64,000 nt of DNA from Clostridia bacterium. GTDB taxonomy: Bacteria; Bacillota; Clostridia; UMGS1883. The stretch is from assembly GCA_045546275.1 (NCBI GenBank), contig JAZQCM010000001.1, forward strand, positions 55,079 to 119,078, in the 5' to 3' direction. The notes beneath the pieces were generated by a model. It saw nothing but the letters and a program-made list of their open reading frames with translations, searched no databases and was not told where the DNA came from. Shown here piece after piece: positions 8,501 through 16,637 of the stretch; position 1 is the stretch's first letter; each line of letters starts with the position of its first letter. The position numbers were made by a program, and so were the translations under genes.

Positions 8501-10069
8501 AACGAAAACGGCGTAATTGTACAACGTAGCTACAGTGGTGAAGAAAACCAAAAGTGGAGCACAGATTACTTTAAAATGACAAGGCTTACCCTGTACAAGG
8601 AGGTTATAATTGCCCCTGACAGTATAGAGATAACCCTTGATGGCAAGGCTCTTGACAGCTTGACTATTGAAAGTGGTGAATCGGTTCAGCTTGGCACAAA
8701 AATTGAGCCTGAGGGAGCGGTAGCACTTCTTACCTGGGCAAGTGACAGTATAGGTAGTGGTGTTGTGCTTAGTGATGGTAAATTAACTGCATATGCACCG
8801 GGAAGCTTTAATGTGAGTGTTACAACCGACACAGGCTTTACTGCCTCTGTACCTGTTACTGTTACAGGCGATGCAAAAGATGTTGTGAAAGCTAACGTTA
8901 CAAACTTTACAAGTGCCGATAACGGCTATAACTCAGGCTGGGTGCCAGAAAATGCATTGAATGGTGTAGCAGGCTCGGCATATGCCTCACAGGATGATGC
9001 AAAGGCTAAATTTATCTCCTTTGAGCTTGAAAAAGAAAAAGCCGTTGAGGTTATTTACGTGACAGGTCGCTTTACAGGTGCCGACGGCGAAGGAGCTTAT
9101 GCAAAGAGAATTAACGGAGCTAAGATTTATGCATCAAATACACCCTGGAGCAATGTAAGTAATGCTGTATTGGTTGGTGAGGTAAGTGGTGTAACAGCAA
9201 CGAGTGCCTATATCCCGGCGAGAGTTGAAATTGACACCAAGGGCGAAAAGTACAAGTATTATACTCTTTACTTTGACACGGTGAATAACGGAAGTAATAT
9301 TTCTCTTGCTCTTGATGACATTGCCTTTTATACAGGTGGTAAAAGCTTTGTACAGAAACTCACTCCGACCGTTACAGCAAAGGGTGGTATAAATCCCCAA
9401 TATGCAACAGACGGGGATGTTAATACAGTATTTAAGATTGAAACACAGACCAACTATTCCAATGAATATATTCAATTTGAGCTTACGGGCACGGACAAGG
9501 TGAACAAAATAGTTGTTAAAAAGGGCATGATAGCATTAGGTGGCGTTACCAACTACTGGGGCGACCATGCATATGCCTCCGGCTGTGTGCTTGAAGGCAG
9601 TATTGACGGTACAACCTGGGAAACGATTCACACTATGGAAAAACGCCCTGACGGAACAGATAGTCAGAGTGAGATTGTTATAAACCTTGATGTTCCGAAA
9701 GCCTATAAATATGTTCGATACATAAGAAAAGAAGCAAACAGTTATATAGGTTGGGCGGAAAATGCGGGCAATAAGCTTATTTTGGCAGACATTGAGTTTT
9801 ACACCGTAAGCAGTGTTGTTGAAACCGAATTGGTAAAAAAGGACGGAAAAAACATAACCATAAGAGCAAAAAGCAACACGAGCGGAAGCTTTACCATTAT
9901 TGTGGCAATTTACAGTAGTGAGGACGAGCTTTTGGAGGTTGTCTCAAAACCTATAAGTCTTCTTGAAGAAATTTCTGAAGAATTTACTATTCCTACAACA
10001 AAGGATGGTAATATGAAGGTTTTTATTTGGGGGGATAACATGCTCCCCGTATCGGATAAAACAAGTTAA
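5510..10069 (+). CDS. Giant secreted multidomain glycoside hydrolase: probable (alpha/alpha)6 GH95-like catalytic region, ricin-B lectin, Big_2 and C-terminal F5/8 discoidin domains
   Basis: There is a signal peptide, MGKVKRLMALALCGAMLLSVVPISAEE. The motif NNHRHLSHLYVAWPAYD resembles the HRHxSHL..YP signature of GH95/six-hairpin glycosidases. A beta-trefoil segment carries QxW-like repeats (QKWSTDYF). The Big_2 segment reads SVQLGTKIEPEGAVALLTWASDS..GSFNVSVTTDTG. The C-terminal discoidin domain shares the PKAYKYVRYIR signature with the upstream gene. The GH95 call is from memory of family motifs, not from a search. Confidence 0.65.
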   Translation: MGKVKRLMALALCGAMLLSVVPISAEEAELMDTAELYEKGNFVNSYNPIISRHTDGGSRAWRDGMISGNGEMGYVTSGEPYNDAFIFQYNFFNYPSSQPREIPAELPMQLEEARENVFNLNDDWLIKDANGNRRSRTFYYSYHPGHQLRLKTNYTDTAKDYIRWTNYETAETGVRFTDKYGTWERVSFTSQTDNVSIAKIEKSSMGQKINMTISIDDIDDMCKAWDGLSKVSEQRYKKIVPSDGAYIAQIAHYPSYSASELIDGGYGGVTYVIAEGEGATKTPVTLSKDDPMLLGNNNALEIKNADNVYLITISGRTSSMTGQTTNVMSKFESMNEYPLLDEMLEKVVAVKDKYTQNGYFSYEAALEPSAKVQEAEFNRMSFTLYGDEEYEAYDNNALISAQRNTKGRINHAFMERAYEQARYAQICCGGALAPRLYGMWVGEWNPGWRSIYTLDANVNLQVSAMNTGNLSGDFQYGYITYFLRHAPDFMYNATMAYGMHDAIQLSVNTDSDRAMHVEYDNSYPFQYWNAGASWCLLPIYEYWQCFGNQQIPINENMRFENLQQVLGVNDGGLTDEEYNEIKERGYLDLEKDILLPLLTKQANFWEQIVTPRYYIGTDGKAYHDESKTKLNEGEKYMIIPTYSPENHPIGYYSTLTANATMDISAARDGLDMVCAMEEAVKRDGWEAEVERWQSLKNNIADYKFDTDGALREWAMEEYQENNNHRHLSHLYVAWPAYDTQTNPSLADASLKAINNRKKYNTGDATAGHGWMHQALVEARLKLGDSMMKSLMKMMNGTAYYSSMMTDHDTNRRNDTYCTDTAFGTLGAVNEALAFSNTGQIEIIPALPKDWTRGKVTGLMARTRAEITELEWDIEGGVATVSLNSSEDDNTIRLSCGEAWAKASLNGEELEIKNDENGNYVEVTLMENTTTEVEFTLSDATDGTYLIEEDGKYLQVDSIENGSEPIWGNLNDNAYWNVENTTDGFITIQNCTTGKYLTNENGVIVQRSYSGEENQKWSTDYFKMTRLTLYKEVIIAPDSIEITLDGKALDSLTIESGESVQLGTKIEPEGAVALLTWASDSIGSGVVLSDGKLTAYAPGSFNVSVTTDTGFTASVPVTVTGDAKDVVKANVTNFTSADNGYNSGWVPENALNGVAGSAYASQDDAKAKFISFELEKEKAVEVIYVTGRFTGADGEGAYAKRINGAKIYASNTPWSNVSNAVLVGEVSGVTATSAYIPARVEIDTKGEKYKYYTLYFDTVNNGSNISLALDDIAFYTGGKSFVQKLTPTVTAKGGINPQYATDGDVNTVFKIETQTNYSNEYIQFELTGTDKVNKIVVKKGMIALGGVTNYWGDHAYASGCVLEGSIDGTTWETIHTMEKRPDGTDSQSEIVINLDVPKAYKYVRYIRKEANSYIGWAENAGNKLILADIEFYTVSSVVETELVKKDGKNITIRAKSNTSGSFTIIVAIYSSEDELLEVVSKPISLLEEISEEFTIPTTKDGNMKVFIWGDNMLPVSDKTS

Positions 10070-10075
10070 CCAAAT

Positions 10076-10106
10076 AATCCCCGCCAATCGGTGGGGATTG
10101 CTTTTA
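10076..10106 (+). terminator. Rho-independent terminator (atccccgcc / ggtggggat, then T-rich tail)
   Basis: A GC-rich 9-bp stem at 10077-10085 / 10090-10098 is followed by tgcttttataaaatt. Confidence 0.65.
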
Positions 10107-10143
10107 TAAAATTATGATGATATAATTTTATCAGGGTGATAAT

Positions 10144-10848
10144 ATGCTTAACATTTCAGAAGCTAATATTAAGTTTCAGTTGGATAATTTAAAAATAAAA
10201 GTACTCCACATAAATTACGGCGTGTTTTATAAGCCTTTTCCAAAGCACCGACACGGCAACCGTTTTTACGAGGCGCACCTTGTAACAGGCGGCAGCGGCA
10301 CTTTGGTTGCAAATGGTGAAAGCTACGAGCTGAAAGGCGGCATGCTTTACATGACCGGTCCCTTGGTTGAGCATGAGCAGATTACAAATGCCGATGACCC
10401 AATGGACGAATACTGTATTCAGTTTGAAATTACCGAAAATCAAAGAACAAAACCCGGGAAAACTGCAAAAGCATTAAAGGAAACCACCTTCTGGATAGGC
10501 GAGGACACACAAAATATAAAAAGGCTTTTCGAAATGCTTACGGAAGAAGCAGAGAACAAAAAAATAGGCTACATTCAGAGTGTAATCAATTTATCGTTTC
10601 AGGTTTTGGTGTGCATTGCCAGAAATTATGTAGGAAGCGAGCAAGTAGGCGACTATTCTGCCATTACCCCCGATGATAAAAAAATGGTTATTACAGATGA
10701 AAGCTTTTTGTATAATTCAGGAACAATTACCCTTACAGAGCTTGCGAAAAGACTTAGCCTAAGTACAAGGCAAACTCAAAGGTTTTTGAACAAAGCCTAT
10801 GGCAAAACATTCATGGAAATGAAAAAAGAAAATCGTTCGGATAAATAA
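10144..10848 (+). CDS. AraC-family-like regulator, C-terminally truncated (cupin sensor plus only the first HTH half); possible gene remnant
   Basis: The cupin/AraC_binding motif is FPKHRHGNRFYEAHLVTGGSGTLVANGESYELKGGMLYM. One HTH reads TLTELAKRLSLSTRQTQRFLNKAYGKTF. The protein ends where the second HTH of AraC proteins normally begins, and a terminator follows directly. Confidence 0.5.
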   Translation: MLNISEANIKFQLDNLKIKVLHINYGVFYKPFPKHRHGNRFYEAHLVTGGSGTLVANGESYELKGGMLYMTGPLVEHEQITNADDPMDEYCIQFEITENQRTKPGKTAKALKETTFWIGEDTQNIKRLFEMLTEEAENKKIGYIQSVINLSFQVLVCIARNYVGSEQVGDYSAITPDDKKMVITDESFLYNSGTITLTELAKRLSLSTRQTQRFLNKAYGKTFMEMKKENRSDK

Positions 10849-10864
10849 ATATAACTATGTAAAA

Positions 10865-10900
10865 ATGACCCCTCATTTTCAGAGGGGTCATTGTATTATT
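10865..10900. terminator. Bidirectional hairpin terminator between convergent genes (atgacccctc / gaggggtcat)
   Basis: A 10-bp perfect inverted repeat at 10865-10874 / 10882-10891 has A/T runs on both sides. Confidence 0.7.
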
Positions 10901-10923
10901 TGTATGTTGTAAAAAGAACAGTT

Positions 10924-11760
10924 TTATACTCGGCTACGATATGGGGAGGTTTTCAGGTATTCGGTCGGCGTTTTCTTTGTTGCTTTAATAAATGCCCTGT
11001 TAAAAGTTCTCAGATTATTAAAGCCGGATTCAAATGCAGCATTTGAAATTTTTGAGCCTTTATCCAAAAGTTCAAGTGAATATCTTATTCTGATTGAATT
11101 AAGATAGTCATTAAAACTTGTACCAAGGCGTGATGAAAAAATTCTTGAAAGGGTGAATTTGCTCACAAAAAGTGCCTCAGCTACAGCTTCGAGATTTATA
11201 TTCTCGGTGCAATGCTTTTCCATGTAGTCGACCAATTTATAAACGGTTTCGTCTTCGTGTTTTTTGCAAGTAACAGTTTCAAGCTTGTCAAATAAATGAC
11301 AAAGCACCATCCTTGCATACGCTTTTTGCATTCTTAAGGGGGCCGTCTCCATACTTTTAAGCTTTTCCAAAGCATGAATACAGTCAGGAGAAAGAGAATC
11401 AATTCTGATTACACAGTTTTTTGGAATGCGACCCTCCATATCATGTCTATATTCGCCTATCAAAGCCATACCTATAAGTATTAAATAGCCTTTTGAGTTT
11501 GTATCAGGTACATATTCATAGTGATGTACATGATTGGGAAATATTATCCCAATTTCGCCTTCGTGCAATAAATTACTCTTTCCGTCAACTACAATGCCCA
11601 TTTGCCCGCTTTGGGCTACAACAATCTCCACAAATGGATGAAAGTGAGGGGAAAAGCCGAATTCTGAATAACAGTATACAAAAAGCTCGGTATCTTTCTT
11701 TTCAAAATATGGTAGCATACTTATCACATCCAACAGCAATATTTGTCTACATTTTAGCAC
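10924..11760 (-). CDS. AraC family transcriptional regulator (cupin sensor plus double HTH)
   Basis: The C-terminal AraC HTH region reads LEAVAEALFVSKFTLSRIFSSRLGTSFNDYLNSIRIRYSLELL...SNAAFESGFNNLRTFNRAFIKATKKTPTEY. An N-terminal cupin is present. The gene is divergent from GH30. Confidence 0.85.
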   Translation of the reverse strand: MLKCRQILLLDVISMLPYFEKKDTELFVYCYSEFGFSPHFHPFVEIVVAQSGQMGIVVDGKSNLLHEGEIGIIFPNHVHHYEYVPDTNSKGYLILIGMALIGEYRHDMEGRIPKNCVIRIDSLSPDCIHALEKLKSMETAPLRMQKAYARMVLCHLFDKLETVTCKKHEDETVYKLVDYMEKHCTENINLEAVAEALFVSKFTLSRIFSSRLGTSFNDYLNSIRIRYSLELLDKGSKISNAAFESGFNNLRTFNRAFIKATKKTPTEYLKTSPYRSRV

Positions 11761-11888
11761 AAATTTACTTTCAAATCAAATACAATTGATGTATTATTAT
11801 GAAAGTAATAGAAATATTGAAAAATAATTTTAAAATGCCAACTATTTTGATAATACCTAAAGTGTATACAGGAAAGGAGAATGATGTT

Positions 11889-13286
11889 ATGTATTGGCAA
11901 TGCACAACAAATTCAGAAAAATGGATACAAAAAAACAACCTTAGTTTAACAGAATGGGACAATGACTCGAGTTTATATATACAGATGGATTCATCTACAC
12001 GTTATCAAACCCTGACCCAAACCCCTTTTGGCGGTTGCTTTAATGAACGTGGCTGGAAAGCAATGGAAAATTTGCCCAATGGTGTAAAGGAAGAAATTAT
12101 ATACGAACTTTTTTCTGAAAATGGGTTAAACCTTTCTGTGGGAAGAATGGCGCTTGGTAATTCCGATTTTTCAATTAACCGTTCTCAAAGCTATGACGAA
12201 CTTCCCGAAGGGATTGACACAGACTATAATCTTGATTATTTTTCAATAGAATCTGACAGAAAATACATGCTTCCTTACATCAAGGCAGCAGAAAAGGTTC
12301 GACCAAATCTTCCCTTGTGGGGTTCTCCCTGGTCACCTCCAAGCTGGATGAAAAACAACAAAACCATTTATGGACAGCATGGGGACAACACCATTATATG
12401 GGATGAAAACATACTGGAAGCCTATGCACAATATTTTGTTAAATATGTACAGGCATACAGAAAAGAAGGTCATAACGTATTTCTTGTTATGCCTCAGAAC
12501 GAGCCTACGATGGATACTGCCTATTCTTCATGTGTATGGACAGGGGAACGGCTTAACACTTTTATCCATGATTATCTTTATCCTGCATTTGAAAAGGCAG
12601 GTATTAGTGAAAATACCAATATTTATCTTGGTACCTTTACCGACTCTCAGGCTAATCGTACCGACCCCACTTTAAACGACCCGGAAACTATTAAAATGAT
12701 AAAGGGCGTTGGATTTCAGTGGTGGTCGGCACCTCTTGCCACGCGTGTTCACCGCCAATTTCCGCATCTTGAATTAATGCAGTCGGAGACAAAATGTGGA
12801 GATGGCGATAACTCCTGGCAGTATGCTGAGGAACAGTTTGACACCTTTAAAGAGTTCTTTGAAGCAGGTGTTTCGAGCTACATGCTATGGAATATGATAC
12901 TTGACGAAAAGGGTGAGAACACATCTCCCAACCCATGGAGACAGAATGCGCCAATAACTGTTCATTCCGTGACAAATGAAGTTTCGTACAATCCTCAGTA
13001 TTACCTGACAAAACACTTTTCCCACTATATAAAGCCGGGCGCAAGACGTATTAAGACAGATGGAAATTATGGTGATAAAATTGCTTTTCAAAACCCTGAT
13101 GGGGAAGTTGTACTTGTTGTGAAAAACAGCAGTGATTCGAACCTTTCGGTTGCAATTAATGTAGACGGCAAAAAGGCAAAGCCTACAGTCCCTGCCCATT
13201 CAATTTCCACCTTCCGCATAATGAGCAACAATACGGGTTTTAATTCATCACCTGATATGAGCTACGGGGAAAATGAACAGGCTTAA
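11889..13286 (+). CDS. Glycoside hydrolase family 30 (glucosylceramidase / O-glycosyl hydrolase family); no signal peptide, so probably intracellular
   Basis: The GH30 signature SPWSPPSWMKNN is present, with N-terminal FGGCFNERGW..ALGNSDFS. The ATG at 11889 has a GGAGA RBS at 8-nt spacing. Upstream in-frame ATGs lack an RBS. Confidence 0.8.
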   Translation: MYWQCTTNSEKWIQKNNLSLTEWDNDSSLYIQMDSSTRYQTLTQTPFGGCFNERGWKAMENLPNGVKEEIIYELFSENGLNLSVGRMALGNSDFSINRSQSYDELPEGIDTDYNLDYFSIESDRKYMLPYIKAAEKVRPNLPLWGSPWSPPSWMKNNKTIYGQHGDNTIIWDENILEAYAQYFVKYVQAYRKEGHNVFLVMPQNEPTMDTAYSSCVWTGERLNTFIHDYLYPAFEKAGISENTNIYLGTFTDSQANRTDPTLNDPETIKMIKGVGFQWWSAPLATRVHRQFPHLELMQSETKCGDGDNSWQYAEEQFDTFKEFFEAGVSSYMLWNMILDEKGENTSPNPWRQNAPITVHSVTNEVSYNPQYYLTKHFSHYIKPGARRIKTDGNYGDKIAFQNPDGEVVLVVKNSSDSNLSVAINVDGKKAKPTVPAHSISTFRIMSNNTGFNSSPDMSYGENEQA

Positions 13287-13310
13287 ATAAATCCTTTCGA
13301 TATAAAGGAA

Positions 13311-13355
13311 AAAGAGCACTGATTTTGTGAAAAATCGGTGCTCTTTTGTTTTTAA
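13311..13355. terminator. Bidirectional terminator (about 16-bp stem aaagagcactgatttt / aaaatcggtgctcttt)
   Basis: A long inverted repeat between the convergent GH30 and the 1090-aa gene is followed by tgttttt. Confidence 0.7.
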
Positions 13356-16300
13356 TAAGTTTGTATTGTAACCGTATCGCCGTAAATTCCGTGGCGATTT
13401 ATGGGTGTAATACGGTAGAATTTTGCAGGCCTTTCCACTTTATATTTTTGTGAAACAAGTATGTCGGTTTCAATAGTGAAATTTTCTCCGTCATGTGATG
13501 ATTCTATTTTAAGATATTTGTTGTCAAGACCCTTTTGAATGTGAAGAGTATTGTCATTAAACATAACCTTTTTAATGGGGAACGGTTTAAAATACTTTTC
13601 GTTACCGATTTCAATACTATCGGTATTGGTGGAGCCAAGGTAGTAGATTGAAGGCAAAGGCAGAACCTCACGGTGAAGTAAAACCCATTTTTCGTCAGCT
13701 GCTGCAAAGAATACAACCGACTGCAAATCCTTGTCTATAACAAGCTTAACACGAGTAAAACTGTTCTTGTCAAACTCGTAGCAAAGTGGACTAAGCTTTT
13801 CTTCCGAAAAAGTGTAAATTGTATTCTTGCTTCGTGTACGGATAACTATTTTGTCATTTTCAAAGCCAATGTATGCATAACGTGCGCTCTCACAAAAGCT
13901 TTCACGAGCCATAACACTATGGCAGGATGAAGCAGAGTTTTCGCCGTAAACAGCTTTTGCAAAATAGGGAAGATTATCTTTAATATCACGTTCATTTGCT
14001 CTGTAATCATTGCCTTTTCCAAAGCCCGGAGTTGAGTTTCTATCGCCTATGTAATTAGGAATGGCGGTATGTGTTATTGTGAAAGAAGGAGAATGCATAC
14101 CTGCCATAACGGAATATGTATATTCCTCATCGTAGGTAACCGCTTTATCAAGATAAACTGTGTTTTCCGTAGTTGCAATTTTTTCACCATCGCGATAAAT
14201 GTCATAGCTTTCGCCTTCAGTTTCCTTCCAGGACAAAAGAATACCTTTATTGTCATTAAGTAAGTTCAGATCTGTTACTGAAGATAAGGGCATTTCGTCT
14301 GTGGTTCTGATAACCTTGTAGCTGAAAGGCTCAAGTGTGATTTCCTCACCGTTAATTCTAAAGGGAAGTGTGTATGTGAAAGCGTTTTCATAGCTTTCAC
14401 GAGTGGTGTTACAACAAATAAAGTAATTGTCAACCTTTGCCCATATTATGTCGGGATACCCTGTGTAGGGTGTATCTACCTCGAAATTTTCACGAAGGAC
14501 TTTACCAACTCCTTTTTGATATGTGACAGGTACTTCTTCGCCGCAAAGTGCCTGTGGTGTTGCGCCAAATTCTTCAAGAGGAACAGGACCGCGATTGTAA
14601 GAATTTGAGCCTTGGGAATCGGCAATAAAGTCCATGTTCACCTGCTGCTGACGGATAAATTTTCCTCCCCGGGTAAAAATGCCGTCTGTTTTAAATTGTG
14701 TTAAATGATGAGTTCCTTTTTTTATTATGTGTGCTCTGCCAAAACCTGAATATCCACGGTTACGGTGGTTCAGCTGTGCAAAAATATGGATGTCACCATC
14801 ACGAAGAGATAACAAAAGATTGTCTATATCAAAAAATATGAAATCCTCTTTATTACTATCAGAGTGGGGAAGATAGTGCGTTATGTCCTCTTTGAAAACA
14901 TCTTTTATTGTGCGGTCAATTCTGAAATCGTTGTAGTTTGGGTACAAAGAAGCAAAGGCAGGAACTAAGTGACCATCCTTATGCTGCTCTCTGAGAGCAT
15001 CAACTGCTTTTCTTGCATACAATTTATAATTATCCCATTCACAGGAAATATACCGTTCACTATGCTCATTCATGTGCCTTTCAAGTGAAGCAAAGAGAAG
15101 AGTTCTCTTATCATTTATAATTGCACCATAAGCAGGCTTTGGGTTCATGGTGGGGTTTCTTTCGTCAATTGCCTGCTCCATAAGCATTATTCTGTTGCCC
15201 GTTTCGTCTGCACCTTCATAGCGCATATACATGCGTGAATTAATATTTTCAAGAGCAGCCTTTAAAATAAGGTCAGAAAGCTCATAATCACCATGATTAA
15301 ATGTGCGGTATACCCATTCGGGCAGATAGTTGCATGTTTCACCGTAGTTACCTACATAGCCGTTTTCGCGGGAAAGGGCACGGTGGGTTAAAGGAAAATA
15401 GTTTTCACCATAGGGCTTACGACGTAAAAATTCACCGTTTTCATCAATGCCCTGTACCGCTTCGCCACGGCAAACTATGTTTACATAGTCTTCTGTAAAA
15501 CGTGCATTTTTATCGTGATTAAAAAGGCAATGATACAAATCGAGCTCTCTGCCTTCTTTGTCAAAAAGAATGTGTTCACCTTTCCATGGGGCAAGTCCTA
15601 ATGCTTCCTTTAAAATAAGGTCGCACTTTTCCTTGCCTATATAGTATTTACTTTTAATAACTCCCAGGCCTGCCATGGCTTTCCAAGCACCTTCGTAGGT
15701 GTAATAGGTCTGGTTATAAATGTAGCTCTGGCGTGAAGAAGCAAAGTCAAAATTTGCTTTTAAACAAACTTCCCATGCTTCTTTTACTGTGAGGCTTTCA
15801 TTAAAAGGTGATAAAAGATAATCCTCAAACCATTCTTTGTCAATAAGCTTTTCTATGATATAAAGCGCTTGACCTAATTCTCCGTAATAGCCACCCCAGT
15901 CGCTTTGGTGGGAAGTGCGAAGGAGGGATTGAGGATTTTCAAAATAATCCTTAATGTAGTGGTTTATGCAGTCAATTATAAGTCTTACAGCCTCGCTTTT
16001 GTCGGAAAGCGGGCAGTAGGGCTCAAAAAGCATCATACAGAAATGGCGCATTTCTTCCACATATTTTGTAATTGATAATTTCTCACCGTTTTTAAGCTTT
16101 GTGAGGGAGTTGTTAAAAAAAATAATCTGTGCATTAATATAACTTTGAGTCAAAGCAAATGCATCAAATGCTTCATTCGGTTTTTTTGTAACCGGAGTTT
16201 TATTTTCGGGCAATTTAAAGGTTTGATTAGTTGTGGAATACGCCTCGTAAATTGTACCGAAAACCTCTTCTAAATCGTCATAAGGCTCTGCCTGACGAAG

Positions 16301-16624
16301 TGTAATTTCAATTTCGCTTTTTCCTTTGGTGTATAAAAGGGGAATTGCACTGGTAACAAAAAACCATCCCTCAGGTTTAAAATTGCCATAGCAAAGATTA
16401 ACAGGCTCAAAATCACTGCATTTTGCATAGCCAAGCTGTTTGCCGTCAAGGTAAATAAATATCGGTGTGTATTTTTCATTAGAATTAAGCTTTAAAGAAA
16501 GATAGTTTTGCCTGTAGGGGTTAACTTTAATTTTAAAGGTAAATTCTTCTGAAAAACGCGAGGAGGGATTAGTGGGTGAGAGCTTTACCCCGTTGCCACC
16601 ATTAAAAATAATTGAATCAGTCAT
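13352..16624 (-). CDS. Large (about 1090 aa) intracellular multidomain glycoside hydrolase / polysaccharide lyase-like enzyme; family unresolved (candidates: GH78/GH106 alpha-L-rhamnosidase-like or heparinase II/III-like)
   Basis: There is no signal peptide. An N-terminal beta-sandwich is followed by a long alpha-helical core. An FN3-like segment reads LNDNKGILLSWKETEGESYDIYRDGEKIATTENTVYLD, and a C-terminal beta domain follows. The ATG at 16624 has a GGAG RBS at 9-nt spacing and sits 13 nt after the GH88 stop. The ORF-track TTG at 16654 is less likely. The gene is co-operonic with GH88. Confidence 0.7.
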   Translation of the reverse strand: MTDSIIFNGGNGVKLSPTNPSSRFSEEFTFKIKVNPYRQNYLSLKLNSNEKYTPIFIYLDGKQLGYAKCSDFEPVNLCYGNFKPEGWFFVTSAIPLLYTKGKSEIEITLRQAEPYDDLEEVFGTIYEAYSTTNQTFKLPENKTPVTKKPNEAFDAFALTQSYINAQIIFFNNSLTKLKNGEKLSITKYVEEMRHFCMMLFEPYCPLSDKSEAVRLIIDCINHYIKDYFENPQSLLRTSHQSDWGGYYGELGQALYIIEKLIDKEWFEDYLLSPFNESLTVKEAWEVCLKANFDFASSRQSYIYNQTYYTYEGAWKAMAGLGVIKSKYYIGKEKCDLILKEALGLAPWKGEHILFDKEGRELDLYHCLFNHDKNARFTEDYVNIVCRGEAVQGIDENGEFLRRKPYGENYFPLTHRALSRENGYVGNYGETCNYLPEWVYRTFNHGDYELSDLILKAALENINSRMYMRYEGADETGNRIMLMEQAIDERNPTMNPKPAYGAIINDKRTLLFASLERHMNEHSERYISCEWDNYKLYARKAVDALREQHKDGHLVPAFASLYPNYNDFRIDRTIKDVFKEDITHYLPHSDSNKEDFIFFDIDNLLLSLRDGDIHIFAQLNHRNRGYSGFGRAHIIKKGTHHLTQFKTDGIFTRGGKFIRQQQVNMDFIADSQGSNSYNRGPVPLEEFGATPQALCGEEVPVTYQKGVGKVLRENFEVDTPYTGYPDIIWAKVDNYFICCNTTRESYENAFTYTLPFRINGEEITLEPFSYKVIRTTDEMPLSSVTDLNLLNDNKGILLSWKETEGESYDIYRDGEKIATTENTVYLDKAVTYDEEYTYSVMAGMHSPSFTITHTAIPNYIGDRNSTPGFGKGNDYRANERDIKDNLPYFAKAVYGENSASSCHSVMARESFCESARYAYIGFENDKIVIRTRSKNTIYTFSEEKLSPLCYEFDKNSFTRVKLVIDKDLQSVVFFAAADEKWVLLHREVLPLPSIYYLGSTNTDSIEIGNEKYFKPFPIKKVMFNDNTLHIQKGLDNKYLKIESSHDGENFTIETDILVSQKYKVERPAKFYRITPINRHGIYGDTVTIQTY

Positions 16625-16637
16625 AAAAATGCTCCAA

